From an archaeon GW2011_AR19 (GTDB lineage: Archaea > Nanobdellota > Nanobdellia > Pacearchaeales > GW2011-AR1): a DNA stretch of 48,218 nt. Of the stretch, positions 18,748-27,817 are shown piece after piece. Where the stretch lies: positions 1-48,218 of the forward strand of contig JWKY01000008.1 in the NCBI GenBank assembly GCA_000806015.1. Reading direction: 5' to 3'. The notes under the pieces were generated by a model that was given only the letters and a program-made list of their open reading frames with translations, searched no databases and was not told where the DNA came from. A program made the translations under genes and the position numbers. Position 1 is the stretch's first letter; the number at the start of each line of letters is the position of its first letter.

Positions 18748-20083
18748 AAAAGAAATTAATTTTATTTTGGAAGAAGGAGAAGGATTGAAAATAGAGTTTA
18801 AAGAGAGTTTTGACTCAAAAAACCTATCTAAAGAACTTGTTGCCTTTGCAAATTCTGAAGGCGGGAAAATATTTTTAGGAATCAGCGATAAGAAAGAAAT
18901 AAAAGGCATTGATGTTAACAATAAATTAAAATCTCAAATTCAAGATATTGCGAGGAATTGCGAACCTCAAATTAAAATTAATTTTGAAGAATTTGAAAAT
19001 CTTTTGATAATAAATGTTTTTGAAGGAAAAGACAAGCCTTACAAATGTTCTTCAGGATTTTATTTGAGGCAGGGTCCAAATTCCCAGAAATTAACAAGAA
19101 ATGAGATTTTATATTTTGCAGTAAATCTTGGAAAAATTAAATTTGATGAACAAATAAATGAAAATTTTAAATTTCCTAAAGATTTTGATAAAAACAAATT
19201 TAACTCTTTTTTGAAGAAAAGCAACATTTCAAAGATGAATAATTCTAAAAATGTTCTAATAAATTTATCTGTTGCTGTTAAATCAGGTAAAAATATTCAA
19301 TTGAACAATGCTGGAATTTTATTTTTTGGAAAAAACATCCCTAAATTCATCAGGCAGAATTTTACAACTTGTGTTTTGTATAAAGGCAAAGAAAGAGTGA
19401 ACGTAATAGACAGGAAGGATTTTAATGAAGATTTAATCAGCAATTATGAAAATTCTCTTAAATTTTTAAAACAGCATTTAAAATTAGAATATATTATTAA
19501 GGGAGGAGGACCAAGGCAGGAAATTTTAGAGGTTCCAGAAGAAGCATTAAAGGAAGCTTTGTTAAACGCACTGGCTCATAGAGATTATTTTGAAAGCGGG
19601 GCTGGAATTTTTGTTGAAATTTTTGATGATAGAATTGAAATTTATAATAAAGGCAAACTGCTTTTTGATAAAAAAGATTTGGGAAAAATAAGTTTATCAA
19701 GAAATCCGATTTTATTTGATTTATTTCATAGAATAAATTTAATTGAGAAAATCGGTTCTGGAATAGGAAGAATAAAAAAATTAATCAAAGAAAGAAAATT
19801 AAAAGTTAGTTTTGAGAGCAATGAATTTTTTAGAATTATTTTTGAGAGGTCAAAAATTAGCCAGGAGAAAACTGTGGAGAAAACTGTGGAGAAAACTGTG
19901 GAGAAAATATTAGATATAATTCATAAAAATCAAAAAATAACGCAGGAAGAATTAGCTGAAAAAACGGGGTTGTCAAGAAGAGGGATAGAATGGAATATAG
20001 AAAAATTAAAACAAGAAGGCAAAATAAAAAGGATAGGTCCTGACAAAGGCGGTTCTTGGGAAATTTTAAAAAATGAAAAATAA
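18740..20083 (+). CDS. Schlafen/AlbA_2 domain + HATPase-like + C-terminal HTH protein
   Basis: GEGLKIEFKES, VAFANSEGG, EALLNALAHRDY, RNP, IEKIGSGI, HTH..GPDKGGSW. Confidence 0.88.
   Translation: MDKKEINFILEEGEGLKIEFKESFDSKNLSKELVAFANSEGGKIFLGISDKKEIKGIDVNNKLKSQIQDIARNCEPQIKINFEEFENLLIINVFEGKDKPYKCSSGFYLRQGPNSQKLTRNEILYFAVNLGKIKFDEQINENFKFPKDFDKNKFNSFLKKSNISKMNNSKNVLINLSVAVKSGKNIQLNNAGILFFGKNIPKFIRQNFTTCVLYKGKERVNVIDRKDFNEDLISNYENSLKFLKQHLKLEYIIKGGGPRQEILEVPEEALKEALLNALAHRDYFESGAGIFVEIFDDRIEIYNKGKLLFDKKDLGKISLSRNPILFDLFHRINLIEKIGSGIGRIKKLIKERKLKVSFESNEFFRIIFERSKISQEKTVEKTVEKTVEKILDIIHKNQKITQEELAEKTGLSRRGIEWNIEKLKQEGKIKRIGPDKGGSWEILKNEK
19864..19907 (+). repeat. 12-bp tandem repeat x3.7 (EKTV)
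   Basis: GGAGAAAACTGT repeated. Confidence 0.9.
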
Positions 20084-23000
20084 AATAAAAAATTTAACAA
20101 TATTTGGAATAATATTAATTTCTATTTTCTTATTTATATTTTTAGCAAGCGCATTAACTCCGCAGGAAGAGATTGCGCAATTAGAAAACGAATTAAACAG
20201 CGCGGGTTATGATTGGCTCGTTAACTATTCCCTAAGGGATGACCCTCATGGGCCTAATTTAACTTATCCTAGAGTTGAAGTTTATGAGAAAGATAAGAAT
20301 GATACAATTGCAACTTTTGAAAAAATCAGCGAAGACAAGGAATATAAAATTTATCTGACAAATCTAAATGGAAGCCAGAACACTTTTGATTTGAAAGTTT
20401 TTTCCCCAAGGGATGACTCTGGTGAGCCTGGAGGAAGTGTTTGGTTTGATTATATTGTTGACCCGATTATTCTCGGAAATGCCAATTCAGTAAATACAAA
20501 CACAACTTATGAAAACAACTTCACGCACTTAAACGTCTCAAATTCATCAATAATTGCATATTATCCTTTTGATGTTAATAATAATTCTGATGGAATAACT
20601 TATGATTATACAGACAAGAATAATGATGGAGTTAAAATGACTGGAGTAACTTTTAACAATACTGGATGTATTTATGGAAATTGTTATACTTTTAGAGGTT
20701 CTGATGCCAGTAATCTTACTCTTCCTAATGGCGCAGGAGTTTATGGTTCATCTCCAAGAACACTGTCTGTATGGGTAAAAACAACAGATACTTTTGGAGC
20801 ATTTTGGGCTTATGGAAATAGAAATGCAAATACTGAGGAATTTACATTATTTATAAACAGCGGTTCAACTATATTGCTTAAAATTCAAGGAGCGGGAATG
20901 ATTCAATGGCCAACTTCTAACGTTCTAAATGGAAATTGGCATAATGTTGTTTTAACTTATAATGGAAGCACAATTAATAATTCTGAATTATATTTAGATG
21001 GAGTTAAATTAGTCAGAACTGAACTTACTGTAGGAACTCCAAACACTCAACCTAAATTCTTTATACTTGGCATGGCTCAATATGCGGGGTATGAATTTGC
21101 AGGAGAATTAGATGAATTTATGGTTTGGAATACTGCTTTAACCGCTGACGAAGTTTTAGCGATTTACAACAACCAAACAAATAGATTTTTTCCAACAGGA
21201 ACAATGAATTGGACGGGTGTGAATTTTGCAGGAAATGATACAATAAATATAACTTTGCAGGGTTGTCAGCAAAACATGGGAAGCTCTTTGAAAGCAAGTG
21301 TCAATGACGGGGCTTTTGTTGCATTTGACAGCAATTGTTTTATTCAGGATTACAATGCAACAGGAGATTTAAATTCTGCAAATGTGACAATTCAATTTCT
21401 TGCAGGAACAAATAATTTTTACACTCCGTTGGTAATTGGGAATTTGAGTTTGGATAATAGAGATGCAATTTTCCCGCAAATCTCTTTCAAATCCCCGACG
21501 CCTGCAAATGGAACTATCAGCTCAGACAATAATTCAATCATCATAAATACTTCTATAACTGAATTAAATTTAAATACGGCAAAATTTAATTGGAACGGAA
21601 CTAATTTCACGATTTTCAATGATTCAACAGTTTTGCATTTGGGTTTGAATAATTTTTCAGCAATTGGAGAAAACGGAACTCGTGTTGTGGATGTTTCAAA
21701 ATATGAAAATCACGGAACACCTAATGGGGCATTTTTTAATAGCACAGGAGGATTTTATGGCGGAGGTTATACTTTTGACGGCGTGAATGATTTTATTAAT
21801 GTTAGCGACCCTTCAAGTCTTAATATAACTGGCAAAATAACAGTTGCGTCTTGGATTAAACTTTCAGCATCTCAACTTAATGCACCCATTGTAGCAAGAT
21901 GGGGGAGCGACCAAAGTTATTTGCTGGGTGTAGACTATGTGACTGCTAATAAGATTATATTTGGAATTAGAGTTTCTGAGGTGTCTAAAACTGCAACTTC
22001 AACAAATACTTATAATGATGGGAAATGGCATCAAGTTGTTGGTGTTTTTAATGGAACAAATGTTTTGCTTTATATTGATGGAGGAGCAGAAGCGGTAACA
22101 GGAAGTGCAACAACAGGACCTATTGATGGACCCGCAAATAATGTTTTTATTGGAAGTTATAATTCCCTTGGTAATTTTTTCAACGGCTCAATAGATGAAG
22201 TCCGTATTTTTGACAGAGCTTTATCTGCAAACGAGGTTACACAATTGTATATGTCAAATTTGCAAAAGTTAAATAATACAGATTGGCTTCTTTATGTTAA
22301 TCAGACAAAGCATAATTCAACAACTGGTTTAGGCAACGGGCAATATACTTATTTCTCAACTGCTATAGATACGGCAGGAAATGAAAATTCAACTGAAACA
22401 AGGACAATAACTTTAGATACAACAAATCCAACTTTTACCTGGAACTCGCCAACACCCGCAGACAAAACATTTTCGTCAAGTAATTCTTCATATTTGAATG
22501 CAACAATTACCGACGCCAGTAATACTTCAGCATGGTTTGACTGGAACAAATCAGTTAAAGGATATTGGGCAATGGATTTCAGAAACTCAACAGATGTTTT
22601 TGATAATTCAACATACAGCAACTTTGGAACAATTTCAGGAGCAGTAGCAAACATTTCAGGAAAACGCGGGGATTCTTTTACTTTTGATGGTGTGAATGAT
22701 TTAATAAATATTAATACAGCAGTTGGTGATTTGGCTGCAACAACTAAAGGAACTTGGAGTGCTTGGGTTAAACCTGTTGATGCAACGCCTACGGCTCAAG
22801 ATGAAATTATTGCATTTGCTAATGGTGATCAGACAGATATGATACATCTTATGATAGATATAACGACTGGAAATTTTCGGATAAATGCTATAAATAATGG
22901 GGCAGCATTGTGGCAAGTGGCTACCGACGTTGCTCCTTTTTCTGATAATACCTGGACCCAGATTGCATTAGTTCAAGACGGGGTTTCGCCAGTTTTGTAT

Positions 23001-24143
23001 GTTAATGGTGTTGCTCCAGCACAAACTTTTTCAATTTCAACTGATAAAACTATTTGGTTTAATAATTTGGTAATGAATAATGGAAGAATAGGGACAAGGT
23101 TTTGGGATGCAACAGAAGGAGATGGAGGACTTCCTTTTAACGGAAATATTGACGAAGTCTTAATTTTTGACAGAGCTCTTTCAGCAAATGAAATAAAAGC
23201 ATTATATGACACAAGTGCAGTAAATAATATTTTACAAAATAATTTCACATCTTTGTCAAATGCAAAATATAATTATTCAGTTTATGCAATTGATGATGCA
23301 GGAAATCTTAACTGGACTTCACCAGATAGGCAGTATACTGTTGATACAACCAATCCGACAATTTCCTACAATGCCCAAACACCAACAGATAATTCAACAA
23401 TTAATTCAAATTCAATTTATGTGAATGTTTCAGTTTCAGATACAAACTTTGAAAATATGACTTATTATTTATATAATGAAACTTTAAATGTTTCAAAGTT
23501 AGTCGGATATTGGAATTTTGATAGAAATACTACAAGTGTTCGGGATTTGTCGGGAAACAAAAATGACGGAACAAGAAACGGGGGAGTTAATTGGACGACG
23601 GGGGGAAAATTAGACAGTGGATTTAGTTTTGATGGTGTGGATGATTTTATTGAGAGAAATAATGCAGTAATCAGCGGGACCCCTGCAACTTTTAGTGCTT
23701 GGATAAATCTAAAGAGTTTAGGTGTAAATCAAAGAATAGTTACAATAAATCCAAAATCTGCAGGTAACAGTGCATTATCCATATTTGTTGATACAGCTAA
23801 TAAAGCCAGTGCACAACATTATGATACAGATGGTGCAGTAGCAACAGGCACAACTACTTTGACAACTAATACTTGGTATCATATAGTTGGGGTTTTTGCA
23901 AGTGATTCCTCAAGAACAATCTATGTAAATGGTGTTTCACAAAACACAAATACGGGAGTTCAATCTGCAATGAGCGGATTAAATTATACTTCTATTGGCG
24001 ATATTGCTTGGAGCACTGGAAATATTCAGTTTTTCAACGGCTCAATAGACGAACCAATGATTTTTAACAGCGCTTTATCAGCGACAGAAGTTTCAGAATT
24101 ATATAACAGAGGTTTGGTAAATCACACAACTTATTCAAATTAG
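20073..24143 (+). CDS. Giant LamG (concanavalin-like) surface protein, part 1 (signal peptide + 4 LamG domains)
   Basis: Repeated FDGVND..SAW(I/V)K..W.H....LY.NG..FNG.IDE..IF..ALS..E; many N-x-S/T sequons. Confidence 0.9.
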   Translation: MKNKIKNLTIFGIILISIFLFIFLASALTPQEEIAQLENELNSAGYDWLVNYSLRDDPHGPNLTYPRVEVYEKDKNDTIATFEKISEDKEYKIYLTNLNGSQNTFDLKVFSPRDDSGEPGGSVWFDYIVDPIILGNANSVNTNTTYENNFTHLNVSNSSIIAYYPFDVNNNSDGITYDYTDKNNDGVKMTGVTFNNTGCIYGNCYTFRGSDASNLTLPNGAGVYGSSPRTLSVWVKTTDTFGAFWAYGNRNANTEEFTLFINSGSTILLKIQGAGMIQWPTSNVLNGNWHNVVLTYNGSTINNSELYLDGVKLVRTELTVGTPNTQPKFFILGMAQYAGYEFAGELDEFMVWNTALTADEVLAIYNNQTNRFFPTGTMNWTGVNFAGNDTINITLQGCQQNMGSSLKASVNDGAFVAFDSNCFIQDYNATGDLNSANVTIQFLAGTNNFYTPLVIGNLSLDNRDAIFPQISFKSPTPANGTISSDNNSIIINTSITELNLNTAKFNWNGTNFTIFNDSTVLHLGLNNFSAIGENGTRVVDVSKYENHGTPNGAFFNSTGGFYGGGYTFDGVNDFINVSDPSSLNITGKITVASWIKLSASQLNAPIVARWGSDQSYLLGVDYVTANKIIFGIRVSEVSKTATSTNTYNDGKWHQVVGVFNGTNVLLYIDGGAEAVTGSATTGPIDGPANNVFIGSYNSLGNFFNGSIDEVRIFDRALSANEVTQLYMSNLQKLNNTDWLLYVNQTKHNSTTGLGNGQYTYFSTAIDTAGNENSTETRTITLDTTNPTFTWNSPTPADKTFSSSNSSYLNATITDASNTSAWFDWNKSVKGYWAMDFRNSTDVFDNSTYSNFGTISGAVANISGKRGDSFTFDGVNDLININTAVGDLAATTKGTWSAWVKPVDATPTAQDEIIAFANGDQTDMIHLMIDITTGNFRINAINNGAALWQVATDVAPFSDNTWTQIALVQDGVSPVLYVNGVAPAQTFSISTDKTIWFNNLVMNNGRIGTRFWDATEGDGGLPFNGNIDEVLIFDRALSANEIKALYDTSAVNNILQNNFTSLSNAKYNYSVYAIDDAGNLNWTSPDRQYTVDTTNPTISYNAQTPTDNSTINSNSIYVNVSVSDTNFENMTYYLYNETLNVSKLVGYWNFDRNTTSVRDLSGNKNDGTRNGGVNWTTGGKLDSGFSFDGVDDFIERNNAVISGTPATFSAWINLKSLGVNQRIVTINPKSAGNSALSIFVDTANKASAQHYDTDGAVATGTTTLTTNTWYHIVGVFASDSSRTIYVNGVSQNTNTGVQSAMSGLNYTSIGDIAWSTGNIQFFNGSIDEPMIFNSALSATEVSELYNRGLVNHTTYSN
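20229..20255 (+). repeat. Family C variant (SLRDDPHGP)
   Basis: TCCCTAAGGGATGACCCTCATGGGCCT, 22/27 identical to the consensus. Confidence 0.8.
20403..20429 (+). repeat. Family C in-frame coding repeat (SPRDDSGEP)
   Basis: TCCCCAAGGGATGACTCTGGTGAGCCT. Confidence 0.9.
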
Positions 24144-24985
24144 ATACAACTTTCCCGACAATTTCCTACAACTCTCAAACTCCTGCAGATAATTCAACAA
24201 TTAATTCAAATTCAATTTATGTGAATGTTTCAGTTACAGAAACAAACTTTGAAAATATGACTTATTATTTATATAATGAAACTTTAAATGTTTCAAAGTT
24301 AGTCGGATATTGGAATTTTGATAGAAATACAACTTCTGTAAGAGATATTTCTGGAAATAAAAATGACGGAACAAGAGTTGGGGGAGTAAATTGGACGACG
24401 GGGGGAAAGTTGGATAGTGGATTTAGTTTTGACGGCGTGAATGACAGAATTAATATTGATACAGCAGTTGGAGATTTATCTACAACAACAAAAGGAACTT
24501 TGAGTGCTTGGGTTAAACCTGTTGATGCTACCCCTCCGAATCACGACACAATTATTTCTTTTACAAATTCAGCAGTACAAGATACTTTTTTTTATATACC
24601 AATTTTACCTAATAGTGGAATCCTGCGTGTCGAAATGAACGTTGCAAATGAAATTAAATGGGGAATAGATACTGATGCTTCCCCATTTTCAGACAATACT
24701 TGGACACATATTGCAATAGTTCAAGATGCAGTTTCGCCTATTTTATATGTAAATGGTGTTGTGCCAGCACAAACATCTTATTCACCAAATGATATAACTG
24801 TTTGGTTTAATGGTTTAACATCAGCAAATAGTGGAAGAATAGGAGACTTTTTTGATAGTTCTGGCGAGAGATTATTTTTTAATGGCTCAATAGACGAACC
24901 AATGATTTTTAACAGCGCTTTATCAGCGACAGAAGTTTCAGAATTATATAACAGAGGTTTGGTAAATCACACAACTTATTCATGA
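24140..24985 (+). pseudogene. LamG surface protein part 2 (out-of-frame duplicated module)
   Basis: Frame from TTA GAT ACA 24140 (LDTTFPTISYN..); 5' and 3' blocks near-identical to 23341-23640 and 24031-24137. Confidence 0.8.
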
Positions 24986-24986
24986 A

Positions 24987-26969
24987 TTAGATACAACAAA
25001 TCCCTCAATAGTTTTTGCAAATCCGACGACAAATGCGAGTAATCTTTCTCAGGAGGATATTTTAGCGAATGTAACTTTCACTGAAGCAAATATTAATATC
25101 ACAAACATAACTTTGTATAATTCAACCCAGAATATAATTAATTCAACAACGGGCACAACCTCGCCGGTTTATATTAATTTTTCAGATTTGGAAAACGGAA
25201 AATATTATTTAAATGCAACAATCAGCGACACAGCAGGAAATACAAATCAAACAGAAACAAGAGAGATAATTTTAGATACTATCAATCCTCTTTTAAATAT
25301 AACTTTTCCAACAAATAATTCTTTTAGTTCAATCACTAATTTAAGTATTAATTATACAAGAAGCGATGCTACTGCAGGATTGAGTACTTGTTGGTATTCA
25401 AATGACACTTACACAACAAATACAACTCTTGCAGATTGTAATAATATAACAACAGTTCAGTGGGCAGAAGGACAGCATAATTTAACAATCTGGGTTAATG
25501 ATACTGCTAATAATCAAGATTGGTTTAGAATAACTTTTACTATTGATACAACTCTCCCTGTTCCAGTATTTGCAAATCCAACAACAAACTCTTCAAATCT
25601 TTCACAAAATTTCATACAAGCAAATGTGTCTGTAACAGAAACAAATCTTAATACAATAAATATTTCTTTATTTAACTCAACACAAAATTTAATTAATTCA
25701 ACTGCCGGAACAACTTCACCGCTTTATATTAATTTTTCAGATTTAGAAAACGGAAAATATTATTTGAATGCGACAGTAAATGATTCTGCAAATAATAAAA
25801 ATTATACTGAAACAAGAACGATTTATTTGGATACTGTTGCTCCTAATTTAACTATAAATTCCCCAATAGCGACGACTTATTCTGTTTCTACAATTTTATT
25901 TAATGCAACTGCAATAGATTTTACTACTTTTGTAGATTCATGCTGGTACACATTAAACAGCGGAGCAACAAACCAGACTCTTTCAAGAGCAGGAACTTCA
26001 AACTCTTATAATTTCACGCAAACTTCAGTTGCAGACGCAAGTTATACTGCAAGATTTTATTGCAATGATACTGCAAATAATGTAAATAATACTGAAACAA
26101 AAGCATTTACAATTGATACGAGTGTTCCCGTTCTTGGAGGAGGCGGACCAGCGCCTGCTGTCGGGGCTGGCGGAGGAGCCGGAGTTTCAAAGCCGTCGCC
26201 AAAAAGAATTTTTAATTTGAATTATAATATGTATGATACAACAATTTCATTAAAGCAGGTGGAATTTGATTTGCTCAAGATAACAAACAATGGAGAAATA
26301 TCAGACGATTATATAATCGAAGTTAAGACAATAGGAAATATTATTTCTTTTGAAAATAATAAAATGAGTCTTGAACCAGGCGAAACAAAAGGCGCTGAAT
26401 TTAAAATTTCCTCTCCAAAAGAGCCGGGAATTTATACAGGAAAAATAATTGTTACAAATGGAATTTCTGAAAGGGAAGTTTTGGTAACAATAAATGTAAA
26501 AACAGAAAAAAGTTTGTTTGATATAACTCTTGCAATTCCAGAATCTTTAAAAATTCTTTTAACAGGACAAAACTTAATTTCAAAAATTGATTTAATTCAG
26601 ATGGGAGCAAAAGAAAAAATAGATGTTACTTTAAGATATGTAATAAAAGATTTTGAAGGTCAGACTTATCTTCAGGAGTCGGAAACTATTGCAGTTATAG
26701 ACCAAAAATCATACGAAAAAGAATTTTTTACAAGCGAACTTCCTCCTGGCCAGTATGTTTTTGGAACTGAACTAATACATCCTGACGGAGTTGCAGTAGC
26801 AAGCACTCATTTTGTTGTGCAGGAAAAAGGATTTAAATTTGGAAAAGATGATATTTTATTGACTTCTTTAATTCTTGTTTTAATTTTAGTCTCTCTAATT
26901 ATATTTTTATCAATTAGGAAATATAAGAGAGTTGGGAAGATGCTGGGAAAAAGAAAGACATTAAACTAA
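24987..26969 (+). pseudogene. LamG surface protein part 3 (Ig-like repeats, Gly linker, C-terminal TM)
   Basis: Frame from TTA GAT ACA 24987; no own signal peptide; C-terminal hydrophobic anchor. Confidence 0.8.
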
Positions 26970-27063
26970 TCTAGATACGTTTAAACTAATATGGAGACAT
27001 ATAAACTAAAATGATTAATTTTCTAACCAAAAAAGTTAAAAACTTAGTTTATTTAGGATAAAC

Positions 27064-27264
27064 ATGGAACAAAAACGATTAAACCTCGAGAATATGGGCA
27101 GAGAAATAATTGCTTTAAAGCAAGAGATGGAAAGAATGAAAGAGTTTATTAAAGAAGATTTAGAATTTGCAATAAAAACAGAATTAGCGTGGCAAAGGCA
27201 TGATCGCGGAGAATTTACTAGAATAGATAGTGAAGAATTTCTTAAAGAAATAAAAAAATGGTGA
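27064..27264 (+). CDS. Putative antitoxin
   Basis: Small ORF ..DRGEF....EEFLKEIKKW overlapping the toxin start. Confidence 0.75.
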   Translation: MEQKRLNLENMGREIIALKQEMERMKEFIKEDLEFAIKTELAWQRHDRGEFTRIDSEEFLKEIKKW

Positions 27265-27506
27265 AAGTTGACTATGATGATAATTTTAAACAAATTTTTT
27301 CTAAAATTAAAGATAATTTGCTTAGAATAAAAATTGAAAAACAAATAGAAAAAATAATTCAAAATCCTGAGATTGGAAAACCTATGCAACATAATAGAAA
27401 AGGAACAAGAGAAATTTATGTTAAACCTTTTAGATTATCTTATGCTTATCATAAAGGAGAGGATTTATTAGTATTCTTAGATTTTTATCATAAAGACGAG
27501 CAATAG
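27258..27506 (+). CDS. RelE/ParE family toxin
   Basis: NPEIGKPM..GTREIYVKPFRLSY..YHKDEQ. Confidence 0.85.
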   Translation: MVKVDYDDNFKQIFSKIKDNLLRIKIEKQIEKIIQNPEIGKPMQHNRKGTREIYVKPFRLSYAYHKGEDLLVFLDFYHKDEQ

Positions 27507-27538
27507 AAATGTGGAACGCTAAATATCCGGGATATTAA

Positions 27539-27675
27539 AATTACTCGCTCAGCGGATTTATTTATAATCTTTATCCAGGCAGTTTTTTAATTATGATTTA
27601 TCTTAATTAATTAACTTAATATCTCGAACTTTTCTATTATGGCAATTTTTTTAATTTCTGCGAGCAGGTATTTTC
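27539..27675. repeat. Family D ~130-bp dispersed repeat
   Basis: Homologous to 16336-16467. Confidence 0.65.
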
Positions 27676-27680
27676 AAGAA

Positions 27681-27798
27681 TAAATTAATAAAGTAAAAAC
27701 AGGAAATTTTTTCATTATTCCTTTTACGGGAAATAAAAGAAATAAAGCAAATTCAGGAAAAATTTCCATTATTAATTTCAAGAATAAATTAATAAAGC
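27681..27798 (+). repeat. Two tandem Family A units
   Basis: CAGGAAATTTTTTCA+TTATTCCTTTTA..TAAAAGAAATAA; CAGGAAAAATTTCCA+TTATTAATTT..AAATTAATAA. Confidence 0.75.
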
Positions 27799-27817
27799 TA
27801 AAAAAACTAATATTATA

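Noticed and set aside
19864-19907. EKTV tandem repeat as a novel element
   Set aside because: Short tandem tetrapeptide repeats before the HTH are commonplace in this protein family.
22685-24900. DGR template/variable repeat pair in the LamG modules
   Set aside because: Differences involve all four bases and many synonymous sites rather than adenines only; no reverse transcriptase in the window.
24141-24985. Stop-codon readthrough or recoding (TAG/TGA) joining the LamG parts
   Set aside because: Downstream modules are in different frames, so readthrough would not join them; TGA, TAG and TAA terminate ordinary genes here.
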